Of a stretch of DNA of 64,000 nt, positions 16,273 to 26,896 are shown one piece after another. Source of the DNA: Candidatus Roizmanbacteria bacterium. Its GTDB lineage: Bacteria; Patescibacteriota; Microgenomatia; UBA1406; HO2-37-13b. The notes beneath the pieces are model-generated. The model saw nothing but the letters and a program-made list of their open reading frames with translations, made no database searches and was not told the origin of the DNA. The stretch lies in the NCBI GenBank assembly GCA_038127095.1, contig JAYPGZ010000004.1:16663-80662 (forward strand), given 5' to 3'. Both the position numbers and the translations under genes were made by a program. Numbering within the stretch: the first letter of the stretch is position 1; each line of letters begins with the position of its first letter.

Positions 16273-18137
16273 TATTACGTAAAAAGAAATTTCATCACAC
16301 CGGAAAAAAACGCAGAAAGGCCAAAATTTTTTGGACATTCGTAGTATTGGCTCTCTTTTTAACATTCTATGCTATTATTCCGCTCAAGAATATAAACACG
16401 AAAAGTCGTGAAGTGATTGCGAGTGCACGCGTTGTCAAAACGTCACTCAAGGGCGATGATATAGCCAAAGTGCAATCTGACATGAACGATATGCAGGCCA
16501 AATTCGATTCAATGCAAAAAGATGCAAAGAAAATTTACTGGATGCGGTTTATACCAATAGTAGGCTGGTATGTTTCTGACTTTAAAAATGGTGTTGAAGC
16601 TGGTGCACATCTTATGAAGGCTGGGCAAAAGGGAATTACTGCAATTACTCCGTATGCAGATTTAATTGGTTTTAAAAAAGGGCAGGCAGGGTTTGCAGAT
16701 CGGTCAGCCGACGATCGTATACAAACAGCTGTGTTAACACTAGATAAACTTGTTCCTCAAGTTGATGCAATTGCTGTCGATATCGACGCTGCAAAAAAAG
16801 AAATTGAGCAGATTGATCCAAGTAAATATCCAGGAAAATATGGCGAAAAAGTTGCATATTATCAAGAGCAATTTGATAGTGTTGCATCACTGTTTGTTAA
16901 TGCAAAGCCATTCATAAAAAAAGTACCAAACTTGTTGGGCGCTCACGGAGAACGAACGTATATTGTTGTATTTCAAAATGATAAAGAATTACGCCCAACG
17001 GGTGGTTTCTTAACTGCGTACGCAATTTTTAAAATGAAAAATGGGAAGATGTCTGCACAGCGTTCAGAAGATATTTATAACCTTGATGCTTCTATTTCAA
17101 ATCATCCAAAGGCTCCTGCGCCTATTTTGGCCTATCATAAGGGTGTCTATCAGCTCAACATTCGTGATAGTAATTTAAGTCCCGACTATGTTGAATCGAT
17201 GAAGGAATTTGAAAAGCTCTACGCAAAGAGTAGTCAAAAAGTTGCATACGACGGTATTATTGCCGTTGACACCAAAGTTTTAGTAGACATGTTGCGTGTA
17301 CTTGGCGACACACAAGCCGGAGGAATTAACTTCTCTGCAAAGCAAGATGATCGTTGTGATTGCCCACAAGTTATTTATGAATTGCTCAACGATATTGATC
17401 GACCAGTCAATTACATTAAAAATGATCGAAAGGGAATTCTTGGACAACTACTCTATGCAATCATGCAAAAAGCCCTTGGATCATCTCCTTCACAGTATTG
17501 GGGACAATTAACGCAAGATGGTATTACAAACCTTGAAGAGAAACATATTCTTATGTATTTGAAAGATGAACAAGAGCAAAAGGCGGTGGAGGCAATTAAC
17601 TTTGCAGGACGTATGCAGCAAGTTACAGGAGATTTCTTGCATATTAATGACACAAACTTTGCAGGAGCAAAATCAAACTTATATGTAAAACACGATGTTA
17701 CAAGTGATACCAAAATTGATTCAAATGGCACTGTGCAAAGAACAATAACTATTCGTTATAAGAATCCATATCGTGCGTCTGACTGTAATCTTGAGCGAGG
17801 CGGATTGTGCTTAAATGCACCACTTCGAAACTGGCTTCGACTATATGTTCCAGAAGGTAGTAAATTAATAAGCTTTAAGGGCTCTCAAAAAAAGACACAA
17901 ACATATGACGAACTTGGAAAGACTGTATTTGAGGGTTTTATGACGGTAAATCCAATGGGTTCGGCACTTGTTACTGTAACGTATGAACTTCCATTTAAAG
18001 TAGCAAAACAGAAAGATTATACACTCTATATACAGAAGCAGCCAGGAACTGTGGGTCACGCATATACAGTCACAGTAAACAATAAATTGCGTTCAAATAC
18101 CCCCCTTGTCAAAGATTACGAGCTTACTTTACAATAA
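16269..18137 (+). CDS. membrane-anchored extracytoplasmic protein, DUF4012-like
   Basis: 622 aa. N-terminal TM. The segment ERTYIVVFQNDKELRPTGGFLTAY matches my recollection of the DUF4012 signature. ATGA overlap with the sugar transferase. Confidence 0.5.
   Translation: MILRKKKFHHTGKKRRKAKIFWTFVVLALFLTFYAIIPLKNINTKSREVIASARVVKTSLKGDDIAKVQSDMNDMQAKFDSMQKDAKKIYWMRFIPIVGWYVSDFKNGVEAGAHLMKAGQKGITAITPYADLIGFKKGQAGFADRSADDRIQTAVLTLDKLVPQVDAIAVDIDAAKKEIEQIDPSKYPGKYGEKVAYYQEQFDSVASLFVNAKPFIKKVPNLLGAHGERTYIVVFQNDKELRPTGGFLTAYAIFKMKNGKMSAQRSEDIYNLDASISNHPKAPAPILAYHKGVYQLNIRDSNLSPDYVESMKEFEKLYAKSSQKVAYDGIIAVDTKVLVDMLRVLGDTQAGGINFSAKQDDRCDCPQVIYELLNDIDRPVNYIKNDRKGILGQLLYAIMQKALGSSPSQYWGQLTQDGITNLEEKHILMYLKDEQEQKAVEAINFAGRMQQVTGDFLHINDTNFAGAKSNLYVKHDVTSDTKIDSNGTVQRTITIRYKNPYRASDCNLERGGLCLNAPLRNWLRLYVPEGSKLISFKGSQKKTQTYDELGKTVFEGFMTVNPMGSALVTVTYELPFKVAKQKDYTLYIQKQPGTVGHAYTVTVNNKLRSNTPLVKDYELTLQ
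18130..18135 (+). promoter_or_regulatory. -10 box (TACAAT), 6 nt from the recO ATG at 18142
   Basis: ttTACAATaatttgATG. Overlaps the stop codon of the preceding gene. Confidence 0.35.
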
Positions 18138-18141
18138 TTTG

Positions 18142-18672
18142 ATGAGGTATCGTAGTGATGTAGGAATTATCCTTAAAAAAAACCAACTCCTGGGTGACAA
18201 TATTTTAGTCACCATTTTTTCGCTATCTAAGGGCAAGATTATCCTAAAAGCATATGGCGTAAAAAAAATGAATAGTAAACGCATGGCACATTTGGAAACA
18301 GGAAACTACATTTCATTTTCGAGTTACCAAAAAGACTCATATTCAACGCTTACGGAAACAGACCTTATCTATGGTTATTCTAAAATTCGTAAATCAAGCG
18401 AAAAGTTAGCATATCTGTTTACGTATTTATTTGTATTAAATCGAGTTCTGCCAGAAGATCAGCCAGAAGAATCGCTGTTTATGAATGCAAAGGCTTTTTT
18501 GAAAGAACTGAATAATTCATCTACATTTGTAACTAACGATCTAATGCGGCATTTTGATGAACTACTTTTTGCTGCAGGATATCTTTCCGATGAAAAGCGA
18601 AGTCGAGTCGATTATGACACGATGCTATTTGTTGAAGAAGTAATCGGTAGAAAAGTAAGCGTGAGTTTTTAA
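18142..18672 (+). CDS. recO: short RecO-like DNA repair protein (OB-fold N-domain; no Cys zinc motif seen)
   Basis: MRYRSDVGIILKKNQLLGDNILVTIFSLSKGKIILKAYGVKK...RMAHLETGNYISF has the RecO N-terminal pattern. 176 aa from ATG 18142. Confidence 0.6.
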   Translation: MRYRSDVGIILKKNQLLGDNILVTIFSLSKGKIILKAYGVKKMNSKRMAHLETGNYISFSSYQKDSYSTLTETDLIYGYSKIRKSSEKLAYLFTYLFVLNRVLPEDQPEESLFMNAKAFLKELNNSSTFVTNDLMRHFDELLFAAGYLSDEKRSRVDYDTMLFVEEVIGRKVSVSF

Positions 18673-19754
18673 GTCAGTTTTTCGTATTCAGTGTCCTTGA
18701 GTGATTTTACTAAATCCGAAAGTTTGGGTGCAGATGACTTTTTCGTTACAAGCATTACGTCTTCTGTGTTGACAATTACAAAGTCATCTAGGTCGAGTGT
18801 GACAATGAGTTTTTCTGCGTCATAATTGTAAATAATAGAATTTGCAGTATTTTTTGCAAGTACTTGTCCATGGGTTACGTTAGCTTCAGGAGACGTTTCT
18901 AATGCTTCTTTAAGTGCTTCCCATGCACCTATATCAGACCATCCTACATCTAAGGTTAGAACATATGATTCAGATCCATCGAGTTTTTCATAAATCGCAT
19001 TGTCTACATGTACAGTGGGAATTTGAGGATACTCTGAGTCAAGAACCTCTTGAAAAGAATCGGTGCCATATGCATTAGCTATTGCATTAGTATGAATAAA
19101 AACATCAGGAGCATGTAATTGGAAGAGTTCGTTTAAGAATGCAGGGGTTGTCATAAAATAGCCAAGATTCCATGCATGATGTCCACTTTGATAAAATCGT
19201 TGAGCAGTTTCGCTGTCGGGCTTGTACTTAAAGCTTTTGAAAGAGTGAATGTCGGCATCAACGCCTAAATCTATTTTATCTCCGTATTCAATCCACCCTA
19301 AATTCTCACTTGCAAACCGGGGCTTGTGTCCAATAAAAATAATTTTATGTGGATCTTTTTCAATTATGTTTCGTGATGACATATTTGCATTCATGATTTC
19401 TTGAGGTTTTTTTATTAAATGATCGCTCCACATATTGAGTACGGATACATCAGGAAAGTTTTTTGCAAGAATGCCAAATATAAAAGCGACTGCCGCTCCG
19501 ACATCTCGTCGACACGGTTCTCCAATAATATTATCTGCTGGAATTTGAGGGAGCTGTTTGCGTATTATATTTACATATTCAGCACCTGTAGAAATATAAA
19601 TATCTTCTGGAGCATACTTTTGACTTATTACCGCAACTTGAAGCTGAATGGTTGATTTGCCGTTTACGAGTGGTTCAAACTGTTTTGGGCTATTTTTGCG
19701 CGAAAGAGGCCACATGCGTGTACCAGCTCCCCCGGCAAAAATAACTGCTTTCAT
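18669..19754 (-). CDS. mannose-1-phosphate guanylyltransferase-like nucleotidyltransferase
   Basis: MKAVIFAGGAGTRMWPLSRKNSPKQF N-terminus typical of the ManC/GMP family. 361 aa. Confidence 0.8.
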   Translation of the reverse strand: MKAVIFAGGAGTRMWPLSRKNSPKQFEPLVNGKSTIQLQVAVISQKYAPEDIYISTGAEYVNIIRKQLPQIPADNIIGEPCRRDVGAAVAFIFGILAKNFPDVSVLNMWSDHLIKKPQEIMNANMSSRNIIEKDPHKIIFIGHKPRFASENLGWIEYGDKIDLGVDADIHSFKSFKYKPDSETAQRFYQSGHHAWNLGYFMTTPAFLNELFQLHAPDVFIHTNAIANAYGTDSFQEVLDSEYPQIPTVHVDNAIYEKLDGSESYVLTLDVGWSDIGAWEALKEALETSPEANVTHGQVLAKNTANSIIYNYDAEKLIVTLDLDDFVIVNTEDVMLVTKKSSAPKLSDLVKSLKDTEYEKLT

Positions 19755-19756
19755 GT

Positions 19757-20872
19757 TTAATTATTTTGTATGTATTGCGCGAACTTTTTAATAAATATAT
19801 CTTTACTAAATTTTTCAGCTTGTTTAGGACCATCTTTTTTTGCTGATATTGCTAGAGTGTAGTACATTGTTTCGAACTTTTCAAGCGCTTCTGTAAGCGA
19901 TTTTTCTGATTGGTGTGCAAACAGAATTCCAGTAATATTAGGCAGAATTGTCTCTGCTACTCCACTTTCTTGATATGAGATGACTGGACACCCAAAAAAC
20001 TGTGCCTCAAGTGCAGTGTATCCAAAATCTTCTTTCTGGGGCATTATCAGTGCCTTAGCGTGTGAATAATATTCGGCTAGTTCCTGATCAGTAACGCTTT
20101 CAATAAATGTTATATTCTTACCCGCAATATTCTTTAAGCGCGCTAATTGCGAGCCTGTTCCTACAACGATGAGCTTCTTTGCCAGATTATTGAACATGTT
20201 TATTACCAAATCGATTCTTTTATATTGTTCCAAACGAGAAACTACTAAGTAGTATTCAGCCCGCGATCGTAATGTGCTAATCGTAGTTGGTTTGAGCTCA
20301 TTCCAGTAGTTTATATCAAAAGGAGGGTATAGTACTTCGGCGTCACGATGGTAGTACGTACCAATATTACGAGAAACTAGCTTTGAAATTCCTATGAGCT
20401 TGTCTGGTCTTTGAGCGGCGATGTAGTCCCATCTCTTTAGATAGACACTATATTGTAAGAAGCTAATAATTCGATCGAGTTTCGATTTGTAGGCTTCGGG
20501 TTGATCCCATAAAAAACGTGTAGGTGAAAGCATCAAACATACATGATGTGTGTCGGGGCGGGTTACGACACTTTTGGCAAACGAAGAAGTAACAGAAATA
20601 ACCATGTCATACGTTGAAAAATTCAGACTCTCAAAGGCAAATGGATACAATGGTACGCAAAGAGTGCGATTGGACTTTATAACATTTGGTAACTTGGAAA
20701 TAAATGATGTTTTAAAATGAAATTGCTTTGCCCAAGGGGCTTTTTCATAGTCGCAGTATGATGTGTAAAAATCTGCAGTCGGATACATTTCCTTGAGTGT
20801 TAAAAGAACCCGTTCTGCACCTCCCCATTTATCAATCCAATCATACACAATTGCAATTTTCTTGTTTTTCAT
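19757..20872 (-). CDS. glycosyltransferase, GT4-like (GT-B fold)
   Basis: C-terminal motif PQKEDFGYTALEAQFFGCPVI. Confidence 0.8.
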   Translation of the reverse strand: MKNKKIAIVYDWIDKWGGAERVLLTLKEMYPTADFYTSYCDYEKAPWAKQFHFKTSFISKLPNVIKSNRTLCVPLYPFAFESLNFSTYDMVISVTSSFAKSVVTRPDTHHVCLMLSPTRFLWDQPEAYKSKLDRIISFLQYSVYLKRWDYIAAQRPDKLIGISKLVSRNIGTYYHRDAEVLYPPFDINYWNELKPTTISTLRSRAEYYLVVSRLEQYKRIDLVINMFNNLAKKLIVVGTGSQLARLKNIAGKNITFIESVTDQELAEYYSHAKALIMPQKEDFGYTALEAQFFGCPVISYQESGVAETILPNITGILFAHQSEKSLTEALEKFETMYYTLAISAKKDGPKQAEKFSKDIFIKKFAQYIQNN

Positions 20873-20889
20873 AAATGGCGGTATATCTC

Positions 20890-22002
20890 TTATGGCAGTT
20901 TATTTATGCATTCAGCATAAATATGCTGTGTTTTTTTCGTCATGTTTGCAAATGAAAAGCGCTTTGTGTCAAGTTTCGGAATGGTGAGCTTTTTGTTTGA
21001 TGCCTCTGTAAGTGCGTCGCGAATTGAAGTGCTATTGTAAGGATCAAAACGAGGAGTATGTTCGTGAACAATTTCATTGAAAACGGGAATGTTTGAAGCA
21101 ATAACAGGACATCCAAAATACTGTGCCTCAACAACTGGTAGTCCAAAACCTTCAGAAAGTGATGGTTGTACGAGTGCCTTTGCATTTTTGAAAAGCGCAA
21201 TTTTTTGTGCTTGAGAAATATTAAATAACTGCAATATTTTACTGGTAAGACCAAGACGTGATATAAGTTGTGAAATATTATGTGAGAAAAAATCTTTAGG
21301 ACCAACGAGTAGTAATTTTTCAGGAATCGAAGCAGTAGCATATGCCTTCAATAGGTTCTCAACATTCTTGTGTGGGTAAGAATTGCCTACATATATATAA
21401 AACGGTGAGTTGTCTAAAAAAAGTCGTATGGATCTGAGTATTGACGTATCTTCATCCATTTTTTGCAATTCAAAATCAATTCCTTCATTTGTAACCACAA
21501 TTTTGTGACTATACATATTTCCAAATGACGAAAGAATGTCACTTCGTACAGCTTCAGAAGGAACGATTACATACGAGCTATTTCGCATTCCCTGTAATAA
21601 AACCTTTTTATATGCGACGTGCTTGATATGAAATAGTGGCGATGGCAGTGTGGTTGCGCGACCTGTTTTAAAAAGCAGCGGAGTAAGGTCGTGTATTGTT
21701 ATCACAAACGGTTTTTTGTAGAAATAGGGAAAACTAAAATAGGTAAAATGCATGACATCTAAATTGTCTTTATAAAGTGTCTTGAGAAACATTGTCTGTT
21801 CTGCCGTAGAATGCCAGCGATACGGAGCGTGTCGTTTCGTTATGCGTTCTTTATCTGGAATATACTTGAAATCTTCGGAATATGCGTAAACATAGTATTC
21901 TATTTCGGTGTCAGCAGTATCAAGGTAATGTAATAAATTACGTATATATACGCCTACTCCTGTCTGCTGAATCAATCGTGCGTCTATGCCAATTCTTTTC
22001 AT
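20890..22002 (-). CDS. glycosyltransferase, GT4-like
   Basis: PSLSEGFGLPVVEAQYFGCPVIASN. Confidence 0.8.
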   Translation of the reverse strand: MKRIGIDARLIQQTGVGVYIRNLLHYLDTADTEIEYYVYAYSEDFKYIPDKERITKRHAPYRWHSTAEQTMFLKTLYKDNLDVMHFTYFSFPYFYKKPFVITIHDLTPLLFKTGRATTLPSPLFHIKHVAYKKVLLQGMRNSSYVIVPSEAVRSDILSSFGNMYSHKIVVTNEGIDFELQKMDEDTSILRSIRLFLDNSPFYIYVGNSYPHKNVENLLKAYATASIPEKLLLVGPKDFFSHNISQLISRLGLTSKILQLFNISQAQKIALFKNAKALVQPSLSEGFGLPVVEAQYFGCPVIASNIPVFNEIVHEHTPRFDPYNSTSIRDALTEASNKKLTIPKLDTKRFSFANMTKKTQHIYAECINKLP

Positions 22003-22910
22003 CGGGGAAGTTTAGATTTTAAAGTAATAAGATGATGAACAATCATATTTTGAAATCGAGAATTTTTCTTAGCGAGGCGCTTGTTATAAAAAATACTCAT
22101 GGCCTCAAAGAAATGATTCCCTGTCTTTTTCTGAACTCTGACTGTACTTTTTTGCAATCCGCTTTGGTATTTTAAGTGCACGACTGTAAAGAGAGGATAG
22201 TAGATAATGCGATAGCCAAGCTCCTTAATACGAAACGACAGATCTATATCTTCGCCATACATAAAATAGTCTTCATCAAATCCGTGAATTTTTTTCAAAA
22301 GATCAGTGCGTGAAAAATAAAATGCACCGGTTGGGGAATCTATTTCGTGTATCGTTGTGAGATTTAAGTGGGTCAAATGATAACCTCCAAAAACTCGATT
22401 GAGAAATGGAACTGGAGCAAACATTTTTTCTAACCGAGAAAAATAGGTAAATGCGTTCCATAAACTAGGAAATCCTCGGTGACTTGCTGGATCAATATTT
22501 CCATTTGGCAATTCTACACGAACGGTAAGTGCTCCTACTTTTTTATGTTCGTCCATGTAATGAACTATATCTGCAAAATTCACATCGGTAACATAGACAT
22601 CGGAATTTAAAAATAATACGTATTTTCCTGAAGCTATTGCAAGACCCCTATTGTTTCCCTTAGAAAATCCCATATTTTCCTCAAGAAACAATGCTTTCAC
22701 TTCTATGTTTTTACCTTCCGACCGACAGTCTTTTATCATTTCAACAGAACCGTCAGTTGAGTTGTTATCTACCATGATTATTTCAGTTGAAACAGAAGGT
22801 GATTGTTGTAGTGCGTTCTCAAGATGTTCAAAGCACTGCCGTGTAACGTCAAGAGTATTATACGAAACAATGATGATTGACAAATCTTTCATATCGGTTA
22901 TCGAAACCAA
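21999..22910 (-). CDS. glycosyltransferase family 2
   Basis: LSIIIVSYNT, VDNNSTDGS, FLNSDV (DxD-like), GFSKGNN. Confidence 0.85.
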   Translation of the reverse strand: MVSITDMKDLSIIIVSYNTLDVTRQCFEHLENALQQSPSVSTEIIMVDNNSTDGSVEMIKDCRSEGKNIEVKALFLEENMGFSKGNNRGLAIASGKYVLFLNSDVYVTDVNFADIVHYMDEHKKVGALTVRVELPNGNIDPASHRGFPSLWNAFTYFSRLEKMFAPVPFLNRVFGGYHLTHLNLTTIHEIDSPTGAFYFSRTDLLKKIHGFDEDYFMYGEDIDLSFRIKELGYRIIYYPLFTVVHLKYQSGLQKSTVRVQKKTGNHFFEAMSIFYNKRLAKKNSRFQNMIVHHLITLKSKLPR

Positions 22911-23503
22911 GCTGCTCTACCTAGTTTGTAGTGGAGGTTTTTTTCTTTTCTTTGGCCAATTTCTTTTGCGGGAACTCCACCGACAATAGTATATGGAGCA
23001 ACGTCTTTTGTAACGACAGCCCCTGCAGCCACAATAGCGCCTGTGCCTATTGTTACACCAGGTAGAATTATTGCACGAGGTCCTATAAATACATAATCCT
23101 GGATTGTAACTGGAGCAAGTATAATTTCTTCCGCAGCAGCAAAGTGTTCGCTATGTATATTATGTTCACTGTTGTAAATCATGACCTGCGATGCAATATC
23201 TACATGATCTCCTATGACAAGTTTAGCACGACCGTCTAAAACAGCGAATTCCCCTATAATCGTATCTTTACCAATATGAATATTTAATGGATCATAAAAT
23301 CGGGCATGCATGTGAATGGCTGAGCCGTTACCAATATGCATTCCTGCAAATCGATACACAACTCGTCGTATATGGTGAAATGGCATGCAACCTGTCAAAT
23401 GAACGAAGAAAACTACTATCTCGAGTAAGATAGTCCGTATGCGAACAGCAATCTTATATGCTAATTCGTCTATCGATAGAGTCTTTCCTGTTTTATCTTT
23501 CAT
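22898..23503 (-). CDS. hexapeptide-repeat (left-handed beta-helix) acyl/acetyltransferase with an N-terminal hydrophobic segment
   Basis: Repeats IGDHVDIASQVMIY and VFIGPRAIILPGVTIGTGAIVAAGAVV. Confidence 0.8.
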   Translation of the reverse strand: MKDKTGKTLSIDELAYKIAVRIRTILLEIVVFFVHLTGCMPFHHIRRVVYRFAGMHIGNGSAIHMHARFYDPLNIHIGKDTIIGEFAVLDGRAKLVIGDHVDIASQVMIYNSEHNIHSEHFAAAEEIILAPVTIQDYVFIGPRAIILPGVTIGTGAIVAAGAVVTKDVAPYTIVGGVPAKEIGQRKEKNLHYKLGRAAWFR

Positions 23504-23532
23504 AGCTTTTTTTAACCTTGTGGATTGTAGCT

Positions 23533-24630
23533 TTAATTATGGCTTGCTACATCTTTTAATACTTTAAGTGTCTTTTTAGCACATTGTTCCCAGCTAAATT
23601 CGCTTACTCTCTGAGCTCCTTTATTTTTCATTGAGGTGCGAAGTTCTTTGCTGGTAAGTACTTTATTAATAGTATGTACCATATCCATTGTATCATTTGG
23701 ATCAAAGTATGCACAAGCATTGCCACAAATTTCAGGTAAGCTTGAATTGTTTGAAACTATAACAGGACAGCCTGCATGCATAGCTTCAAGCGGAGGATTT
23801 CCAAATCCTTCATACAATGAAGGAAGCACTAATGCTTGTGCATGCTTATACAGAGTGTTTTTCTCATTCTCCGACACATATCCGGTGAATACTACATCAT
23901 CTTGGAGCCGTAGCTCTTTGACTCGTTCAAAAATCTCATCGTACAACCATCCCTTTTTTCCAACTATATATAGCTTTAAGTCTGAGTGTACTTTTTTGAG
24001 AATACTGAATGATTCAATGAGTTTAGCAACGTTTTTACGAGGCTGGAGTGTTCCTACATATAACAAGTAAGGAGCGGTTGGCGTCTTAAACTCTTTTGGA
24101 GTATCGGTAGCGCTAGACTGGTTGAACCCATTGTGAATAACGGTAATTTTTTCTTCCGGTGTTTTATAGTGTTTAATAATATCTTTTCTTGTATTCTCAG
24201 ATACAGAAATGATCTTTTTGGAATGTTTAAGCGCGTAGCTAGTCCAGTTTTTCAGCTTATACAAATCTTTTTTTAAAAACTCTTCGGGATAATAAAAATA
24301 AGCCACGTCATGGATAGTGACAACAGTCTTTACAGAGCTAAATCGAGGTATGTAATGAGCAGGGCAAAACAAAACATCAGGGCGTTTATGAGTTGCCAAA
24401 TATGCTGGAAAGAATACTTGACTCCATGCAACTGAGCCCGCAATTACCACATACTTAAAATTCTCATTTTGTTTTGGAAGATCCGAAAGGGGAGTTTTTC
24501 TCAAATAAATTACGAATTTATTTTCCTCACTGGCGTTCTTGTAAAATTCTTTCAATATATTAAAGGTATACATCGAAACACCAACTCGTTCGTTTACATT
24601 CGCTTCATTTCCATCAATTCCAATTATCAT
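23533..24630 (-). CDS. glycosyltransferase, GT4-like
   Basis: PSLYEGFGNPPLEAMHAGCPVIVSN. Confidence 0.8.
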   Translation of the reverse strand: MIIGIDGNEANVNERVGVSMYTFNILKEFYKNASEENKFVIYLRKTPLSDLPKQNENFKYVVIAGSVAWSQVFFPAYLATHKRPDVLFCPAHYIPRFSSVKTVVTIHDVAYFYYPEEFLKKDLYKLKNWTSYALKHSKKIISVSENTRKDIIKHYKTPEEKITVIHNGFNQSSATDTPKEFKTPTAPYLLYVGTLQPRKNVAKLIESFSILKKVHSDLKLYIVGKKGWLYDEIFERVKELRLQDDVVFTGYVSENEKNTLYKHAQALVLPSLYEGFGNPPLEAMHAGCPVIVSNNSSLPEICGNACAYFDPNDTMDMVHTINKVLTSKELRTSMKNKGAQRVSEFSWEQCAKKTLKVLKDVASHN

Positions 24631-25697
24631 ACGGTGATCGCAGCAAGTAAATTTTTGTAAAAATGCTGTGCGTCAAAATTTTGAGATCGCAGTTTTCCGG
24701 CGCTGCGTAGTTTTTCTTGCATTGATGTATTCGTGATTAATTCAGCTATTTTTAGACGTATATCATCGACGTTTTCTGGATCAAATAGTAATGCAATGTT
24801 TTTACCAATCTCCGCCAGTGACGAAGTGTTTGACGTTGCCACTGGGCAGCCAAGTGCCATTGCTTCTACAACAGGATATCCGAAACCCTCATATAGTGAC
24901 GGATATACAAAGCACAAAGCGTTCTTATATAGCTGATATAAATCTTCGTCAGGAACAAATCCTAAAAATTTAACACGATCAGAATTATGTATTTTTTGAT
25001 TTCCCCATCCAGTTGGTCCTACAACTAACAAATCTGTGTCAGCGACATTTGCATTCTCGAATGCCTCAACAAGACGAGCAATATTTTTACGTGGCTCTAG
25101 TTTGCCAACCGAAAGGATATACTTTTTTGAAGGAATAACAAAATTCGATTTTGGCAATGGGTTTGGAATCGTAACAGCCGGATAGAGCACCTGTATCTTA
25201 CGTTCGGGGATTGCAAGGAGTTTTACCAGATCATCCTTTGTTGCTTGGGAATCAGCAAGAATCAAATCAACTTCTTTTTTTACATATGCTAGGCGTCTCT
25301 TCTGCACCGCCAATATCTTTTTATGAACAGTTTCAGGATATTTCATAAAAACCAAATCATGAACAACCGTAACCTTCTTTGCGCTGCTTGGAGGCTGTGT
25401 CCAGTCGGACGAGAGAAAAATGTCCTGTTTTCCAATAAATTTCTCAATTGGGTATATGTGTGCTTGGTTCCAGAGAATGTCAAGAGCTGTAGGTGGGAGT
25501 TTTGCAGTTATAAGAGAGTGTTTCTCTTCGATACGCGCCTTTAGCTCTTGTGGGAGTGATCGGCGAAGTGACGAAAAGAAAAACGTATACTCATTTTTTG
25601 TATCAAACTCCAAAATCGCATCAATCATTGATCGCACATATCGAGCTACTCCAGTTCCTTCATATGCTACTTGTGAAATATCTATTCCGATTTTCAT
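24627..25697 (-). CDS. glycosyltransferase, GT4-like
   Basis: PSLYEGFGYPVVEAMALGCPVATSN. Confidence 0.8.
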   Translation of the reverse strand: MKIGIDISQVAYEGTGVARYVRSMIDAILEFDTKNEYTFFFSSLRRSLPQELKARIEEKHSLITAKLPPTALDILWNQAHIYPIEKFIGKQDIFLSSDWTQPPSSAKKVTVVHDLVFMKYPETVHKKILAVQKRRLAYVKKEVDLILADSQATKDDLVKLLAIPERKIQVLYPAVTIPNPLPKSNFVIPSKKYILSVGKLEPRKNIARLVEAFENANVADTDLLVVGPTGWGNQKIHNSDRVKFLGFVPDEDLYQLYKNALCFVYPSLYEGFGYPVVEAMALGCPVATSNTSSLAEIGKNIALLFDPENVDDIRLKIAELITNTSMQEKLRSAGKLRSQNFDAQHFYKNLLAAITV

Positions 25698-26896
25698 GAA
25701 TGTTTAATATGCTGATACACGCGCTCTAATTTGGCTGCAATTTTAGGATATGCGTATTGCTCTTCAACCAATCTGCGTGCATTTGAACGAATAGAGACAA
25801 ATAAATCGTGATCTTGTAATATGAGCTTTGCTTTTTGAGCAAATTCGTCGGCGTTTTTAGCAATTAAGACGTTTTTCCCATCGTGTACATCAAGTCCTGC
25901 GACACCAGTCTTGGAAGATATCACCGGTAATCCAGAAGCCATTGCCCCCAAAATTTTCAAGCGTGTTCCTCCGGGTCCTTCCAGTGGTGCAATGAATATC
26001 AAGCCTTTTCCGTATGCTTCTTTTACTGCGGCAATACTTGTTTTTGGTAAATCCAGTATTTCAATACGCTCGCCCGTAAGATGTACAATTTTTTCACGTG
26101 CATATTGGCCAGCAATTATACAGCGGGCCTCAGGTATTTCTTTTAAGATTTTAGGAAAAACTTTTTGTGCTAAAATTTCGGCGCCTTCCACATTTTGTAG
26201 CCATGAAAAATTGGCTACGTATAAAAATGTAACATCTGTTCTGTTTATTTTTTTTGAATATAGTTCCATCAAATCTTCCCCAGCTGCATTGGGAATTATC
26301 TCCACAGGGAGATTAGGTATTAATTTATGCATTTCATGCTTATCTTCTTCGGAAACCGCACCAACAATCGATGCTTTTTGCCAGTAGGTTTTTTCCCAGT
26401 ACTTTAATTTCATAATATCTATTTTCAGTAATTTAGGAAGGAGCGGAATTGGAAGGTTGTCGATGTAATGCTGATACACCCGATATTCTATTGTTTGTTC
26501 AACCAACAAAATAGGAACGTTTGTTTTGGGAATATGAGGCATGACATAAAATGTTTCAGCATGAATAAGGTCGATCTGCTCTCGTTTGAGTAATTTCTCC
26601 ACAACAACGCGCGCTTCTTGTGAATAATTACGAACAACCACAAAGGGTAAAAAACCGAACACGCTTTTAAAAATATTTTTGAATGTCCATGGTGTTTTTG
26701 ATCGGCTACATGCATGAATTTCTTTACAATATTTTTGTAAATGCGCAATATGTTCTTTTTCAGTATTCTGTTTGATAAGTCCAATGAGATAAATTTCATG
26801 ATGTTTACTCAGTTCTTTAATGAGATTGTAAGAACGTATTTGTCCTCCGGAAGAAGGAGGATACGGTAAGTACGGAGTCAGCATCAGTATTTTCAT
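25694..26896 (-). CDS. glycosyltransferase, GT4-like
   Basis: N-terminal PYPPSSGGQIRSYNL; C-terminal LEGPGGTRLKILGAMASGLPVISS. Confidence 0.75.
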   Translation of the reverse strand: MKILMLTPYLPYPPSSGGQIRSYNLIKELSKHHEIYLIGLIKQNTEKEHIAHLQKYCKEIHACSRSKTPWTFKNIFKSVFGFLPFVVVRNYSQEARVVVEKLLKREQIDLIHAETFYVMPHIPKTNVPILLVEQTIEYRVYQHYIDNLPIPLLPKLLKIDIMKLKYWEKTYWQKASIVGAVSEEDKHEMHKLIPNLPVEIIPNAAGEDLMELYSKKINRTDVTFLYVANFSWLQNVEGAEILAQKVFPKILKEIPEARCIIAGQYAREKIVHLTGERIEILDLPKTSIAAVKEAYGKGLIFIAPLEGPGGTRLKILGAMASGLPVISSKTGVAGLDVHDGKNVLIAKNADEFAQKAKLILQDHDLFVSIRSNARRLVEEQYAYPKIAAKLERVYQHIKHS